Shown: piece after piece, positions 49,162 to 58,905 of the stretch | Layout: every line of letters starts with the position of its first letter | Position numbering within the stretch: position 1 is the stretch's first letter | DNA from: Promethearchaeota archaeon | Lineage (GTDB): Archaea > Asgardarchaeota > Lokiarchaeia > Sigyniarchaeales > SOKP01 | Assembly: GCA_008080735.1 (NCBI GenBank) | Contig: SHMW01000001.1 | Location: 53,037-117,036, forward strand | Length of the DNA stretch: 64,000 bases | Direction of reading: 5' to 3' | Made by a program: the position numbers and the translations under genes | The notes under the pieces: model-generated | The model's database searches: none | What the model saw: only the letters and a program-made list of their open reading frames with translations | What the model was told of the DNA's origin: nothing

Positions 49162-50142
49162 GTGAGTGTAATTACCGAGCAAAAAAGCACACAAAACCCG
49201 GAAAGAAAGTCGGAAGTTAAAGAAAGCCGTAGAACATTTTCCGAAGACGAGATTGATCAAATCGTCGAAGAACACAATGAGGGAAATGTTTCAAAAGAAA
49301 TTAACAAATTGATGAAGCAATATGAGGATGAAACGGGAAAATACGCGGTTTGGAGAGGTCAAATCACAGAGGGATTTAAAACATACTTAATGGGAGGAAA
49401 GATATATGATAGAGATAAGGAACGTATTTCTCTTTATGTATCTGAAACGACCAAAGACAAGTGGCAACAATTTATTAAGGAGGAAAGTTATTCCACCATC
49501 TCAAAACTTATCAGAGAAAGCGTTAATTATTATATCGATGAGCAGACGAGCGCCATCACTAACGGAAATTTTCGGATGAATATCGAAGCGATTTCGAATA
49601 TCTCTCACGCATTAAAGGAACCGCTAACCACAATAAAAGGTTTTTCTCAGTTGCTCCTTGAAAATAATAAGGATGAGCTACGTCCTGAAGTTCTTTCGAA
49701 AATTGAGAATATATTCGAACAAAGTCTCCTGCTCGAGACGAAGATTAAAAATATTTTGGATGATATTACTGTGGAAGGGTCCAAATACGATATTTTACTT
49801 ATCGAAGATGATTTAGCTACCATTCGCTTATTAACCAGTTATTTTGAGAGTAAAGGTTTTACCTGTAAAGGCGTTATAAGCGGAACAAAGGGTATTGAGG
49901 AACTAAAACACGCGCAACCCAAATTAATTCTATTAGATATTATTCTGCCTGATTTAAGTGGATATGACCTATGCAAGATGATTAAATCTGATAAAAAATT
50001 ACACGACATTCCCGTATATCTGTTGACGGCGATTCCAGGCTCTGAAGTACAGAAAAAATTGAATGATATCAAGGCAGACGGCTATATTTTAAAACCATTT
50101 GACTTTTCAGACTTCAAACCGCTGTTCAAATATTTAAATTGA
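49162..50142 (+). CDS. RHH-like + HisKA (H-box) + receiver domain regulator, paralog 2
   Basis: Same architecture and high similarity to 47901-48833. The real start may be ATT 49171, after GGTGA. Confidence 0.85.
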   Translation: MSVITEQKSTQNPERKSEVKESRRTFSEDEIDQIVEEHNEGNVSKEINKLMKQYEDETGKYAVWRGQITEGFKTYLMGGKIYDRDKERISLYVSETTKDKWQQFIKEESYSTISKLIRESVNYYIDEQTSAITNGNFRMNIEAISNISHALKEPLTTIKGFSQLLLENNKDELRPEVLSKIENIFEQSLLLETKIKNILDDITVEGSKYDILLIEDDLATIRLLTSYFESKGFTCKGVISGTKGIEELKHAQPKLILLDIILPDLSGYDLCKMIKSDKKLHDIPVYLLTAIPGSEVQKKLNDIKADGYILKPFDFSDFKPLFKYLN

Positions 50143-50210
50143 TTAAAATCAAGATAACTCAATAGGTTTATCTTGTGCGGTTTATTTTAGTCTATTTTAT
50201 TAATAATGAG

Positions 50211-50284
50211 CGGGCCATGTGGGATTCGAACCCACGACCGACAGGTTAAGAGCCTGCTGCGCTACCTGACTGCGCTAATGGCCC
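50211..50284 (-). tRNA. tRNA-Lys(CTT), no intron
   Basis: Reverse complement GGGCCAT...GCAGG-CTCTTAA-CCTGT...GTGGG-TTCGAAT-CCCAC-ATGGCCC-G forms a cloverleaf. Confidence 0.95.
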
Positions 50285-50470
50285 AAGATTAATTCGCTTT
50301 AGAGCCTAAGAAACGATCCACGATTCTAACTTCTATATTGATAAATTCATACTTAAATAATAATTTTTCCAATAAACCACCTCATTATCAGATCTAAGAG
50401 TATTTTCCGAAAGAAATATTTAAGATTTGTTTAAAGTTTATTTAAAAACGCAAAAAATAATGAAACAGAA

Positions 50471-50575
50471 TGGCGCAGGTGGAGGGATTCGAACCCCCGA
50501 ACGCTAACGCGCACTGGCTTACTTGGCTTTTTAAGCACTCAAGGCCAGCGCCTTACCAGGCTAGACTACACCTGC
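50471..50575 (-). tRNA. tRNA-Ser(TGA) with 18-nt canonical 37/38 intron (50520-50537), CCA encoded
   Basis: Acceptor GCAGGTG/CACCTGC, long variable arm, BHB with central helix CTTG/CAAG and inner GCTT/AAGC. Confidence 0.9.
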
Positions 50576-50689
50576 TTGATAGAGATATATCAATCCAAAC
50601 TGTAATTGCTATGTTTTATTAAAAAAAAATACATGTACCTATATTATTTTTACGATTAATCCTTCTCGAGCATAATTTACCATTTTTTT

Positions 50690-51501
50690 CGCAGAAAGTC
50701 ATGTCCTTTAGGGTAGGGATGAAGGCGTGTAAAAATCATTAAACTCAAGCAGTGATATCCTTTTTATCCAATCTAAGGTAATAATTCCATAATGGAATAT
50801 GCTATTGCCGCCTTTGACATGGTTGCGTCTGAATTCTTAGTAGGGGAGGAAAAGACCTTTTCGAACCCTCGGTTTTATCGCTCCTGAGAGGTAACCCTTA
50901 AAGACTACATCGAAGGGTTTCTCGTAAGAAAAAAGGCTCACGAAACCGCGACAAAGCACGACTTCGGTTAGCCCGCCTGTATGAGAAGATAGCCAATCAA
51001 AAGCGTGATTGGACTCATAAAATCACCCTTCAGCTTGCAGATACCTTCGATGCCGTCATTTTGGAGGATCTCAACATAAAGGGCATGCATCAATTCAATG
51101 GTGGCCTCTCAAAATGGCTGACACTCGACTTTTCGTGGCATCAATTCAAAACCATCCAACAATAAAGCTTGAATGGCGTGGCAAACCCTATCAAGAAGTA
51201 GACCGCTTTTTTCCCTCAAGCAAGCTCTGCTCTGTTTGCGGCTATACAAATGAGGACTTCTTTACACGATCGTGAATGGACGTGTCCCGAATGTGGCACG
51301 CATCATCACTGAGATAAGAACGCCTCGGTCGATATTTAGAAAGAAAGAATACGTTTCTTACAAGAAAGAGGTATCCCCGTCATTTAATGACCTATCGTAG
51401 GGACTACGGGAAGTTACGCTTGTGGAGATCGTGTAAGATACCATTTAGGTGCAGTGGTCAAGGAAACAAGAATCCCGCTCCTTTAGGGGCTGGTAATTCA
51501 A
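50690..51501 (+). mobile_element. tnpB: Non-autonomous IS200/IS605-family remnant with tnpB pseudogene
   Basis: Fragments AFDM..NPRFY, SRKKKGSRNRDKARLRLARLYEKIANQ, VILEDLNIKGM, PSSKLCSVCG, REWTCPECG, DKNAS, with stops and frameshifts. Left-end gtcctttagggtagggatgaa and right-end gaatcccgctcctttaggggctggtaattcaa hairpins. Left boundary is approximate. Confidence 0.88.
51385..51501 (+). ncRNA. Putative TnpB omega-RNA (reRNA) scaffold
   Basis: Region from the tnpB 3' end to the TTCAA right end, with the typical gggactacgggaagttacgcttgtggaga...caagaatccc layout. Confidence 0.5.
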
Positions 51502-51706
51502 ATCCTCTATTTCGATCAATGGAGAATGCGAGAGTTAAATATAACCATTTCTAGACCTGAATTGGAACAGCGGTATACCAACTATATCTTAATCTGTTTA
51601 TTTTTCCTATTTCTTTTTCTATTACTTATATATTTCATATCACTAAAAATCTATTTGCTAATATGATAAAATTAAAATTTTTTGTCGAATTCTACCCTAT
51701 AAGTGA

Positions 51707-52195
51707 TTGAGAATGGGAAGCGCCGAGGATTTTCGATATTTAATTCCAGAAAGGATATTTAACGAGATTACTCAGAGGGCAGCAGAAGTATACCCTAAGA
51801 TTGAGCATTATTGGATCTTCGCTGACCGAAAAGAAAACTTTGGGATTGTCAATAAATTCATTGTAAACAAGGACATCAAATCGACAAAGAAACATGTGAA
51901 ACCGCGCAGTTGGATGCGTTATAAGAAATCCAAAATTTATAATATGCGCAAATTTAAAGAAGAGATGGGGGTGGATATAGTATGGCAAGCTCATACCCAT
52001 CCAAGCGGTAGAGAAAAACTCCATGCCATTGATAAACGTATCTTAAAATACCTATCGAACGGAGTAATGATTATCGTTATACCGCCAGCTGAAGATAAAA
52101 ACCAGAAGGCTCATTTAGTCGGCTGGTATTATGACAAACGCTATACAAAGAAGCCAATTATCGAGAAAATGGTTTTTGAAATCATATCTGAGTGA
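51707..52195 (+). CDS. MPN+/JAMM (JAB) domain protein
   Basis: N-terminal Glu (YPKIE) and HTHPSGREKLHAID (HxHx7[S>H]x2D). Confidence 0.8.
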   Translation: MRMGSAEDFRYLIPERIFNEITQRAAEVYPKIEHYWIFADRKENFGIVNKFIVNKDIKSTKKHVKPRSWMRYKKSKIYNMRKFKEEMGVDIVWQAHTHPSGREKLHAIDKRILKYLSNGVMIIVIPPAEDKNQKAHLVGWYYDKRYTKKPIIEKMVFEIISE

Positions 52196-52357
52196 ATAGG
52201 CCTAACACTTTTTCTTTTATTTCCTTTTTAAAATCAGCAATCCAAGGGTCAAATAGAAATAGGATTAATAAGGAATGACACTGAATCTTATAATAAACTA
52301 TTAAAATTTTAGAATGTTATGATCTTTATAGTAAGGAAAAGTAAAACCTCCTTACAC

Positions 52358-52460
52358 GCTCAGGTCGCTTAGCTTGGTAGAACGTATTAAGCGTGCCAAA
52401 AGCGCTGGTCTGCTAAACCAGTGCCCAACGGGCGCGTGGGTTCAAATCCCACCCTGAGCG
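52358..52460 (+). tRNA. tRNA-Ser(GCT) with about 20-nt intron in the D-arm (52381-52400)
   Basis: Acceptor GCTCAGG/CCTGAGC, anticodon arm CTGGT-CTGCTAA-ACCAG, long variable arm. BHB central helix TGGT/GCCA, inner ACGT/GCGT. Confidence 0.88.
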
Positions 52461-52495
52461 CTCTTCTCGGATATAAAATACATCGGTCCAGAAAT

Positions 52496-52602
52496 GAGCC
52501 CGTAGTCTAGCGGCGATGACGTCGCGCTTACACCGCGAATATATCGAATCTTTCTGTTCGATAACGCGATGGTCGAGAGTTCGAATCTCTCCGGGCTCAC
52601 CA
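52496..52602 (+). tRNA. tRNA-Val(TAC) with 31-nt intron in the variable loop (52540-52570), CCA encoded
   Basis: Acceptor GAGCCCG/CGGGCTC, anticodon arm TCGCG-CTTACAC-CGCGA. BHB central helix CGCG/CGCG with AA^T and AT^G bulges; excision restores the AGGTC variable loop. Confidence 0.88.
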
Positions 52603-52611
52603 TCATCTCTT

Positions 52612-53397
52612 TTATTCTCGTATTTTCCTGATCCGTTTTGGCAGTAAAACGCTAAATTTACAATTCTCGAGATATTTTCCTATTTCACTTATAATCCCCC
52701 GTGCGTGTGTTCCGCGCTTGAGCAACACAAGATTTTCCAGAAATCCATAGCGCTCGATGGATACGATGTCTTGAAGATGACCCGTTCGCACAAGCGCTTT
52801 TTTAAACTGACCTTTTGTCTCACCGCACATATATAATCCTTCGATATTTTCTTTGAGCACTTTCTCAAAGATTTTGAGGGTTTCCAGGGCTATCTCTCCT
52901 TGAATATTGCGTTGTTCAGAATCAATTTCAACCACATTAATATAGATAGGAAAATTTTCAATAAAATCATATGCATGGATGATCTCCCGTACAGACACAT
53001 GGTTATCATTTGCCAGTTGTTCTCGTAATATATGGAGCGGAAGTAATACATCAGTGCTTTGGCGAATGATTCCGCAGTCTATAAAAATCCCAAATCCCAC
53101 TTCCCCTACATCTTTTATCGTTCCCTTAAGGATATCCCCTTCTTTAACTTGATCGAAGGGAATTGCAGTTCCAATCTCCGCAGAGATCATATTTTTCACA
53201 AACTTCTCTTCAGGGCCCTGGATAAAGATTTCAATTCTCTCATCGATCTGTCTAATTTGTCTGATCTCAATCGTGGTGTTCGAAAAACCCTTCACAATTT
53301 CATTCAAATATTTTTTGTACCGGTTCTGTAAATCCAGGCGCTCTTTTCGTGAATCTGCATTATAAATCTTATCGAGCAATATTAGTCGTTTTACCAT
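52612..53397 (-). CDS. Archaeal DUF2110-like protein with S1/OB domain
   Basis: GDILKGTIKDVGEVGFGIFIDCG, GH..DI..IERYGFLE..V..K.GT.A.GII..IG. Confidence 0.7.
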   Translation of the reverse strand: MVKRLILLDKIYNADSRKERLDLQNRYKKYLNEIVKGFSNTTIEIRQIRQIDERIEIFIQGPEEKFVKNMISAEIGTAIPFDQVKEGDILKGTIKDVGEVGFGIFIDCGIIRQSTDVLLPLHILREQLANDNHVSVREIIHAYDFIENFPIYINVVEIDSEQRNIQGEIALETLKIFEKVLKENIEGLYMCGETKGQFKKALVRTGHLQDIVSIERYGFLENLVLLKRGTHARGIISEIGKYLENCKFSVLLPKRIRKIRE

Positions 53398-53537
53398 AGA
53401 TCAATCACATCCACATCATAAAGTTTCCTTTTCCTTTATTTATTAATAATGAATCACTCCATTTACCCTTTTGCATATACTTAAATTGATAAATTGTCTT
53501 GTTTGAATAAAGTATAATCATTCGAAGAGATGCTAAA

Positions 53538-53912
53538 ATGAATCAAGAACAATTTGATACAACAGTAGAGAAATTGAATGAATATGATGGGATTGAAGAA
53601 GTCTTTCTTTTGAGTGCGGAGGGAGAGATTCTCTTCCGTTCCAAAGATTCTGAGTTTGCAAACGAAGAGAGCAAAGCGCTTTTGAAGGCATGGAAAGAAA
53701 AAGAACCTTCTCTTCATTTTATGAACCAGCGATATGCGATTTTAAAGAACGATGAGATCCAATTGGCAGCAAAGAACTTCTCGGGAAAAGGAAACATCGC
53801 GGGGTCAGTTACTAAGGATGGAGAGTATCTACTTATTCATATTCGTGATGATACGGGATTAATTTTGCTTGAATGGTCGATTTTTGTAAATAAAATTGCA
53901 TGGGATCAATAA
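53538..53912 (+). CDS. Asgard profilin-like protein
   Basis: 124 aa. Helix, then VFLLSAEGEILFRS, SLHFMNQRYAILKND..LAAKNFSGKGNIAG, matching the Loki-profilin pattern. Confidence 0.75.
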   Translation: MNQEQFDTTVEKLNEYDGIEEVFLLSAEGEILFRSKDSEFANEESKALLKAWKEKEPSLHFMNQRYAILKNDEIQLAAKNFSGKGNIAGSVTKDGEYLLIHIRDDTGLILLEWSIFVNKIAWDQ

Positions 53913-54205
53913 AACATTAGAATTTTTTTTACTATAATCTCATCAAAGGAATATTCATCCCTTTTTATGACATAAATTCTGGTTCTCAACAGTGGTTTTA
54001 GGATAACGAAGATTTAATTTTATTAAACTTTTTGAAATCAGATCCACCCGTAGAAGGTGATCAATTCACCAACAATACCTTCTTTTCGCAATTCAAACTT
54101 TACCTATTTTCTCTTTTTTTCTCAATATCTTTTAAAAATTTTTGAGAACATAGTTAATCTATATTATTTTTCACAACAACGATTAAATATTACACTTCCT
54201 TAAAA

Positions 54206-55168
54206 TTGAATATGAAACTTGACAAATTTGATATTTTTTATATAATTGGATTAATCGGAACAACTGTATTTATGATATGGCTTCTCTTGTTTGGTACCAC
54301 GGTATTATTATTCTCAAATTTAATCTTCTTTTGGGCTGCTAAGCTATTGTCGGGATTCGGGTTGATCCTTACTGTTACTACCGCTTTCCTCTTTATTCTA
54401 GACCTAATAGCAGATAAGATCGGGGAGAAAGAAGTGAGGATCTTTATTATTATCCAGATAATTATTCCAGTTCTCTTGATTATCTTTGGAATTTATAGAA
54501 TTATCTCGAGTCTCACCCCCTCGGGTACACCAGACACTGGATTTGCGTATATCATGGATCTCGCATTATATATCTTCGGAATTGCTTCGATTACACTCTC
54601 GCTTTATATTGTTCCCCTTATTAAAGAAGAATTTGAAGATGCCGCGACAGGAGGGGGATTATTTACCCGAATAAAAAGAGGAGCTAAAAACGTTGGAAGG
54701 AAAGTCAAGAAAAAGTATTTTGCGTTTAGAAAACAATATGCAAAGGCACATATCCAAGACCAGACAACATTAAAAGAAATTTTAACAATATGGAGACATA
54801 AATTGGCAGTGTATCTATTGATTCCCATCGGAATCGGTTCTCTTTTATTTCCACCAATTACATTTATTTCAATCGTATTTTGGATAAAGATATTCATTAC
54901 GGATGATGATCCCAAAGTATATGAACGCATTGGACTCTTAGTTTCTATGATCTTTATGGTTTTCATAGCTTCATTGTCTTATTTATTGGAATGGGAATTT
55001 TACACCGCAATTGCTCAATATACTTGGACAATCGAAATCTTTTACTTGATTGGGATAATTGGAAGTACAATCATATTTATCTATCAATTTGCGCAATTAA
55101 AGGGAGTCACACTTCTGGATGTAAAAGCGAAGATCGGAGAAATTGGTGCTAAAGGCGAAGAAGATTAA
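54206..55168 (+). CDS. Multi-pass membrane protein of unknown function
   Basis: About 7-8 hydrophobic helices with a basic cytoplasmic loop. Confidence 0.6.
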   Translation: MNMKLDKFDIFYIIGLIGTTVFMIWLLLFGTTVLLFSNLIFFWAAKLLSGFGLILTVTTAFLFILDLIADKIGEKEVRIFIIIQIIIPVLLIIFGIYRIISSLTPSGTPDTGFAYIMDLALYIFGIASITLSLYIVPLIKEEFEDAATGGGLFTRIKRGAKNVGRKVKKKYFAFRKQYAKAHIQDQTTLKEILTIWRHKLAVYLLIPIGIGSLLFPPITFISIVFWIKIFITDDDPKVYERIGLLVSMIFMVFIASLSYLLEWEFYTAIAQYTWTIEIFYLIGIIGSTIIFIYQFAQLKGVTLLDVKAKIGEIGAKGEED

Positions 55169-55425
55169 ATACTTGAAAATTTTTATCTATTTTTTAAATT
55201 TCATTATTTTTTCTTAACTTTTATAAAACTGTAATCATAGGAGATATTCACTAGAATCTATACATAATAATTGCGTTATAGAAGAAAAGACACTCTTTAT
55301 GATTTATATAGGCAAATTATATATTTTATTCTTTATTAACCAGAATTATAAAAATAGTAGATTATTGTTCTTCTATATATTACTACAAAAGTTAATTATT
55401 GAATCTTAAAAGAGGTTAAAGCAAA

Positions 55426-56145
55426 ATGTTCTCACAACAGGGACGTGGCTACGATATGGCCATTACACAATTCTCACCAGAAGGACGTCTGTTTCAAGTG
55501 GAATATGCGATAGAGGCGGTACGAAGAGGAACTACAGCGATTTGTGCAAGGAATAAAAATTCGGTTGTATTTGCTGTGGAAAAGAAAAGCTCGGAATTAC
55601 AAGAAACTCTCGGTTCAGAGAAGATTTTTAAAATAGATAATCACATAGGGGTTGCAATCGCCGGTTTGACGGCAGATGCAAGAGTTCTCATTGATAAAGG
55701 ACGTGTGCAAGCACAAGTACATCAATTAAATTATGATGAAAAAATTACTGTAAAAGAACTCACCCTTGAAATTTGCGAAATTCTTCAAGCTTACACCCAA
55801 AATGCAGGAGTTCGACCATTTGGTGTTTCTTTTTTAATCGCGGGAATTAATCCTGACGGAGAAACGGGATTATTCCTTACCGATCCATCCGGAGCACTCT
55901 GGGGCTATAAAGCATTCGCGATAGGCTCGGGGGCTAATGAAGCGCGTACCTATTTGGAAGATAATTATGATATTAATATCTCAGATGAGGATTTGAAATT
56001 ATTACCATTACAAACACTCAAAGAGATCATGAGTGAAGAGAGTTTAAATGCAAATACCTGTGATGTTGCCTATATTTTGAAGGAAGATAAAAAATTCACC
56101 CTTCTCACCGTCGAGGAAAAGAAAGAATTATTAGAGAAATTATAA
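55426..56145 (+). CDS. psmA: Proteasome subunit alpha
   Basis: YDMAITQFSPEGRLFQVEYA.EAV, GLTADARVL, RPFGVS, TDPSG, AIGSG. Confidence 0.97.
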   Translation: MFSQQGRGYDMAITQFSPEGRLFQVEYAIEAVRRGTTAICARNKNSVVFAVEKKSSELQETLGSEKIFKIDNHIGVAIAGLTADARVLIDKGRVQAQVHQLNYDEKITVKELTLEICEILQAYTQNAGVRPFGVSFLIAGINPDGETGLFLTDPSGALWGYKAFAIGSGANEARTYLEDNYDINISDEDLKLLPLQTLKEIMSEESLNANTCDVAYILKEDKKFTLLTVEEKKELLEKL

Positions 56146-56264
56146 TTTTTTTATAATATGACATTTTAATGTTTCTCCTTATTTTTTATTTAACCAAAGC
56201 TTTATGTAATATAATCAAATAAAAAATGGAAATAATTATTAAACAAATATAGTCGTGATTAATC

Positions 56265-57056
56265 TTGATTGACCGAGCTCGTATGAATTTAGGTAATAAT
56301 ATCATTGGTCGACTTGAAAAAGGTGGTAGAATTTTTGAAATGTTATTGGATCCAGAACAAGCGTGGGAAGCAAAGAAATATATTCGAGAGGAGATAAATA
56401 GAAGATTGAAGGAAGGCAAAGAAAAATCTCGGATGAGCCCAAAACAAATCATTGAGGATCCAAATATACCCTTAGAGTTAATTTTTGAAAGTTTCATAGT
56501 ATTTGAAGACTTGAAGCGTGGAAAAAAGGCAACAGATGGGGATATGGAAGCGATTTTTGGCACGACCGATGGGAGAGAAATTGGCGCTCATATTTTGTTA
56601 GATGGGGATATACAATGGACGCGAGCTCAACGCGAAGAAGAAAAAGAAAAAAAACTTAAGAAAATAATCAATATCATTTCCAAAAATGCGATTAATCCGC
56701 AGAATAACAAACCACATCCTCCAGAACGTATAGAAAAAGCTATTGAGGAGGCTGATGTAAAAATCGATTTGATGCGAAATGCAGAAGAGCAAGTGGATGA
56801 TGTGGTAAAAAAAATCCGAACCATCATCCCGATCAAGATGGAACAAATTGAAATGGCAGTTAAGATCCCCACATCATTTACTGCTAAAGGCTATAACATT
56901 GTGGCCCAATATGCGCAAATTAAAAAGGAAGAATGGCAAAGTGATGGCTCTTGGGTCTCTGTGATAAGTATGCCCGCGGGACTTCAGATGGAACTATTAG
57001 ATAAGCTGAATAAGCTTACTCATGGGCGGATTCAGACCAAATTAATGAAATCTTAA
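56265..57056 (+). CDS. sdo1: Ribosome maturation factor SBDS/Sdo1
   Basis: RLEKGG..FE, F.D..RG.KA, FGTTD, NPQ...PHPP.RIE.A, EEWQSDGSW, PAG.Q. Confidence 0.93.
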   Translation: MIDRARMNLGNNIIGRLEKGGRIFEMLLDPEQAWEAKKYIREEINRRLKEGKEKSRMSPKQIIEDPNIPLELIFESFIVFEDLKRGKKATDGDMEAIFGTTDGREIGAHILLDGDIQWTRAQREEEKEKKLKKIINIISKNAINPQNNKPHPPERIEKAIEEADVKIDLMRNAEEQVDDVVKKIRTIIPIKMEQIEMAVKIPTSFTAKGYNIVAQYAQIKKEEWQSDGSWVSVISMPAGLQMELLDKLNKLTHGRIQTKLMKS

Positions 57057-57317
57057 TTGGGTGAGATATATTTTTCTCCTTCCAAATCACTTAATTAATT
57101 TTTAAAAAAGTTTTAAACCACTTGAGATAATATATTTATTTATCATTTTCATTTATTTTTAGCATTAATTAAATTCTTTACAGAATAACTGTGAAATTTG
57201 CCCTACTCGTTTTACTAAATTCACAAAAATTTTATTGAGCCACTGATTATTTCAATATAATTTTGTAAAAAAATCTTTTATTTATTAACATTTATCTGTA
57301 AAAAATTGTGAAATAAA

Positions 57318-58136
57318 ATGGAAAACGATGAAGAAGAGGAGCAAACAGAGCAAAACGACGAGGACGAGGAATTCGATGACGATGAGGAAGATGATGAGGA
57401 TCAAGATGATGAATTTGAAGATGAAGAAACCTTGCGCGAAATCGTTGCACCAGGAGAGATCTTAAGTGAAGATCTGGAAAATTTTGTTCCTGGACGAGGG
57501 ACAATTCTTAACAAAAAGGGCGATAAAATAATCTCCGTAATGGTTGGATTAAAACAAATTAAAAAGAATTATATTAATGTGATACCTTTAAACGGATTTT
57601 ACACCGCTCATCCCGGAGATAAAGTGGTTGCGATTATTACTGATAAAAATCCAGTAAAATATCGCTGTGATATTAATGCGAAATATGAAGGAATATTGAA
57701 ACCCAGAAACACTATTAAACGTGGTAAAAGACGTATGCGAGGAAATTCACGCCCTGATACAGAGAAATTTGACATTGGAGATGCAGTTATCGCCAAAATA
57801 ATTTCTGCTGATCGTCTGAATAGTCCTGAATTGACTACTGTAGGAAAATATCTCGGAAAAGTTCGAGGGGGAATAATCATTCAAATCGACCCTCCTAAAG
57901 TCCCACGCGTTATTGGTCGAAATGGCTCCATGATTAAAATGCTTAAAGGTCTTACCGATTGCAACATATTCGTCACCCAAAATGGTAGGATATGGGTTAA
58001 AGGTGGTGACATTGAGAAAGAGCGACTTTTAATTGAAGCTATTTATAAAATTGAACGAGAAGCACATACGCAAGGATTAACAGATCGAATGGAAGAATTT
58101 ATCAAAAATGAAAAAGAAAAAAGAGGTATTCAATAA
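57318..58136 (+). CDS. rrp4: Exosome RNA-binding subunit Rrp4 with acidic N-terminal extension
   Basis: IVAPGE, Y.A.PGDKV, S1 domain, KH motif KVPRVIGRNGSMI, NGRIW, IE.EAHT.GLTDR. Confidence 0.93.
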   Translation: MENDEEEEQTEQNDEDEEFDDDEEDDEDQDDEFEDEETLREIVAPGEILSEDLENFVPGRGTILNKKGDKIISVMVGLKQIKKNYINVIPLNGFYTAHPGDKVVAIITDKNPVKYRCDINAKYEGILKPRNTIKRGKRRMRGNSRPDTEKFDIGDAVIAKIISADRLNSPELTTVGKYLGKVRGGIIIQIDPPKVPRVIGRNGSMIKMLKGLTDCNIFVTQNGRIWVKGGDIEKERLLIEAIYKIEREAHTQGLTDRMEEFIKNEKEKRGIQ

Positions 58137-58901
58137 ATGACCTTATTAATACCAGATGAATATCCAAAAAGTTTATTTCGAGACGACGGAAAACGCCTTG
58201 ACGGACGTGATATCTATGATTTACGTCCTATTAAAATGGAAGTAGATGTTATTAAGAACGCGGACGGCAGTGCTTATATCGAATGGGGCAATAATAAAAT
58301 ATTTGCCTCCGTTTATGGCCCACGCGAAGTCCATCCTCACCATTTAGCAAAACCCGACAAAGGCATTCTTAGAGTGTTTTATAGGATGGCAACTTTTTCT
58401 GTGTTTGATAGAAAGCGACCCGCACCAGGGCGCAGAGAAAAAGAAATTTCAATGATCATTTCTGATTGTTTGGAACCCGTTCTTTTTCTGGAATTATATC
58501 CTGGCACGAGTTTTGAAATTTTTATCGAAGTTGTAGACGCGGATGGGGGAACTCGATGTGCGAGCACTACAGTTGCCGCCCTTGCTTTAGCTGATGCGGG
58601 AGTTCCTATGAGAAGCTTAGTAACTTCATGTGCCATAGGAAAGATTGACGGAAAACTCGTAACAGATCTTTCAGGAATAGAAGATAAGGCTGGCGATGCA
58701 GATTTACCCGTGGCAATCACATGGTTTAACGATGAGATGTCGCTATTACAGTTCGACGGGAAAATGACGAAAGGAGAAATGGATACTAGTTTAGATATGG
58801 CTCAAGATGCTCTCAAAAAAATCTATGATATGCAATTAGAAGCACTAAAACGAAAATATATTAAAATTCAAAAAGACGTACAAGATATGGAGGTCGAATA
58901 A
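58137..58901 (+). CDS. rrp41: Exosome exoribonuclease Rrp41
   Basis: RLDGR, NADGSAY, VYGPRE, YRMATFS..RK.P, ADGGTR, DL...ED..G.AD. Confidence 0.96.
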   Translation: MTLLIPDEYPKSLFRDDGKRLDGRDIYDLRPIKMEVDVIKNADGSAYIEWGNNKIFASVYGPREVHPHHLAKPDKGILRVFYRMATFSVFDRKRPAPGRREKEISMIISDCLEPVLFLELYPGTSFEIFIEVVDADGGTRCASTTVAALALADAGVPMRSLVTSCAIGKIDGKLVTDLSGIEDKAGDADLPVAITWFNDEMSLLQFDGKMTKGEMDTSLDMAQDALKKIYDMQLEALKRKYIKIQKDVQDMEVE

Positions 58902-58905
58902 ACCA

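Noticed and set aside
54041-54062. GC-rich hairpin gatccacc-cgtagaa-ggtgatc downstream of profilin as a SECIS or sRNA
   Set aside because: The stem is too short, there is no convincing SECIS core or apical A motif, and no in-frame TGA selenoprotein candidate is nearby.
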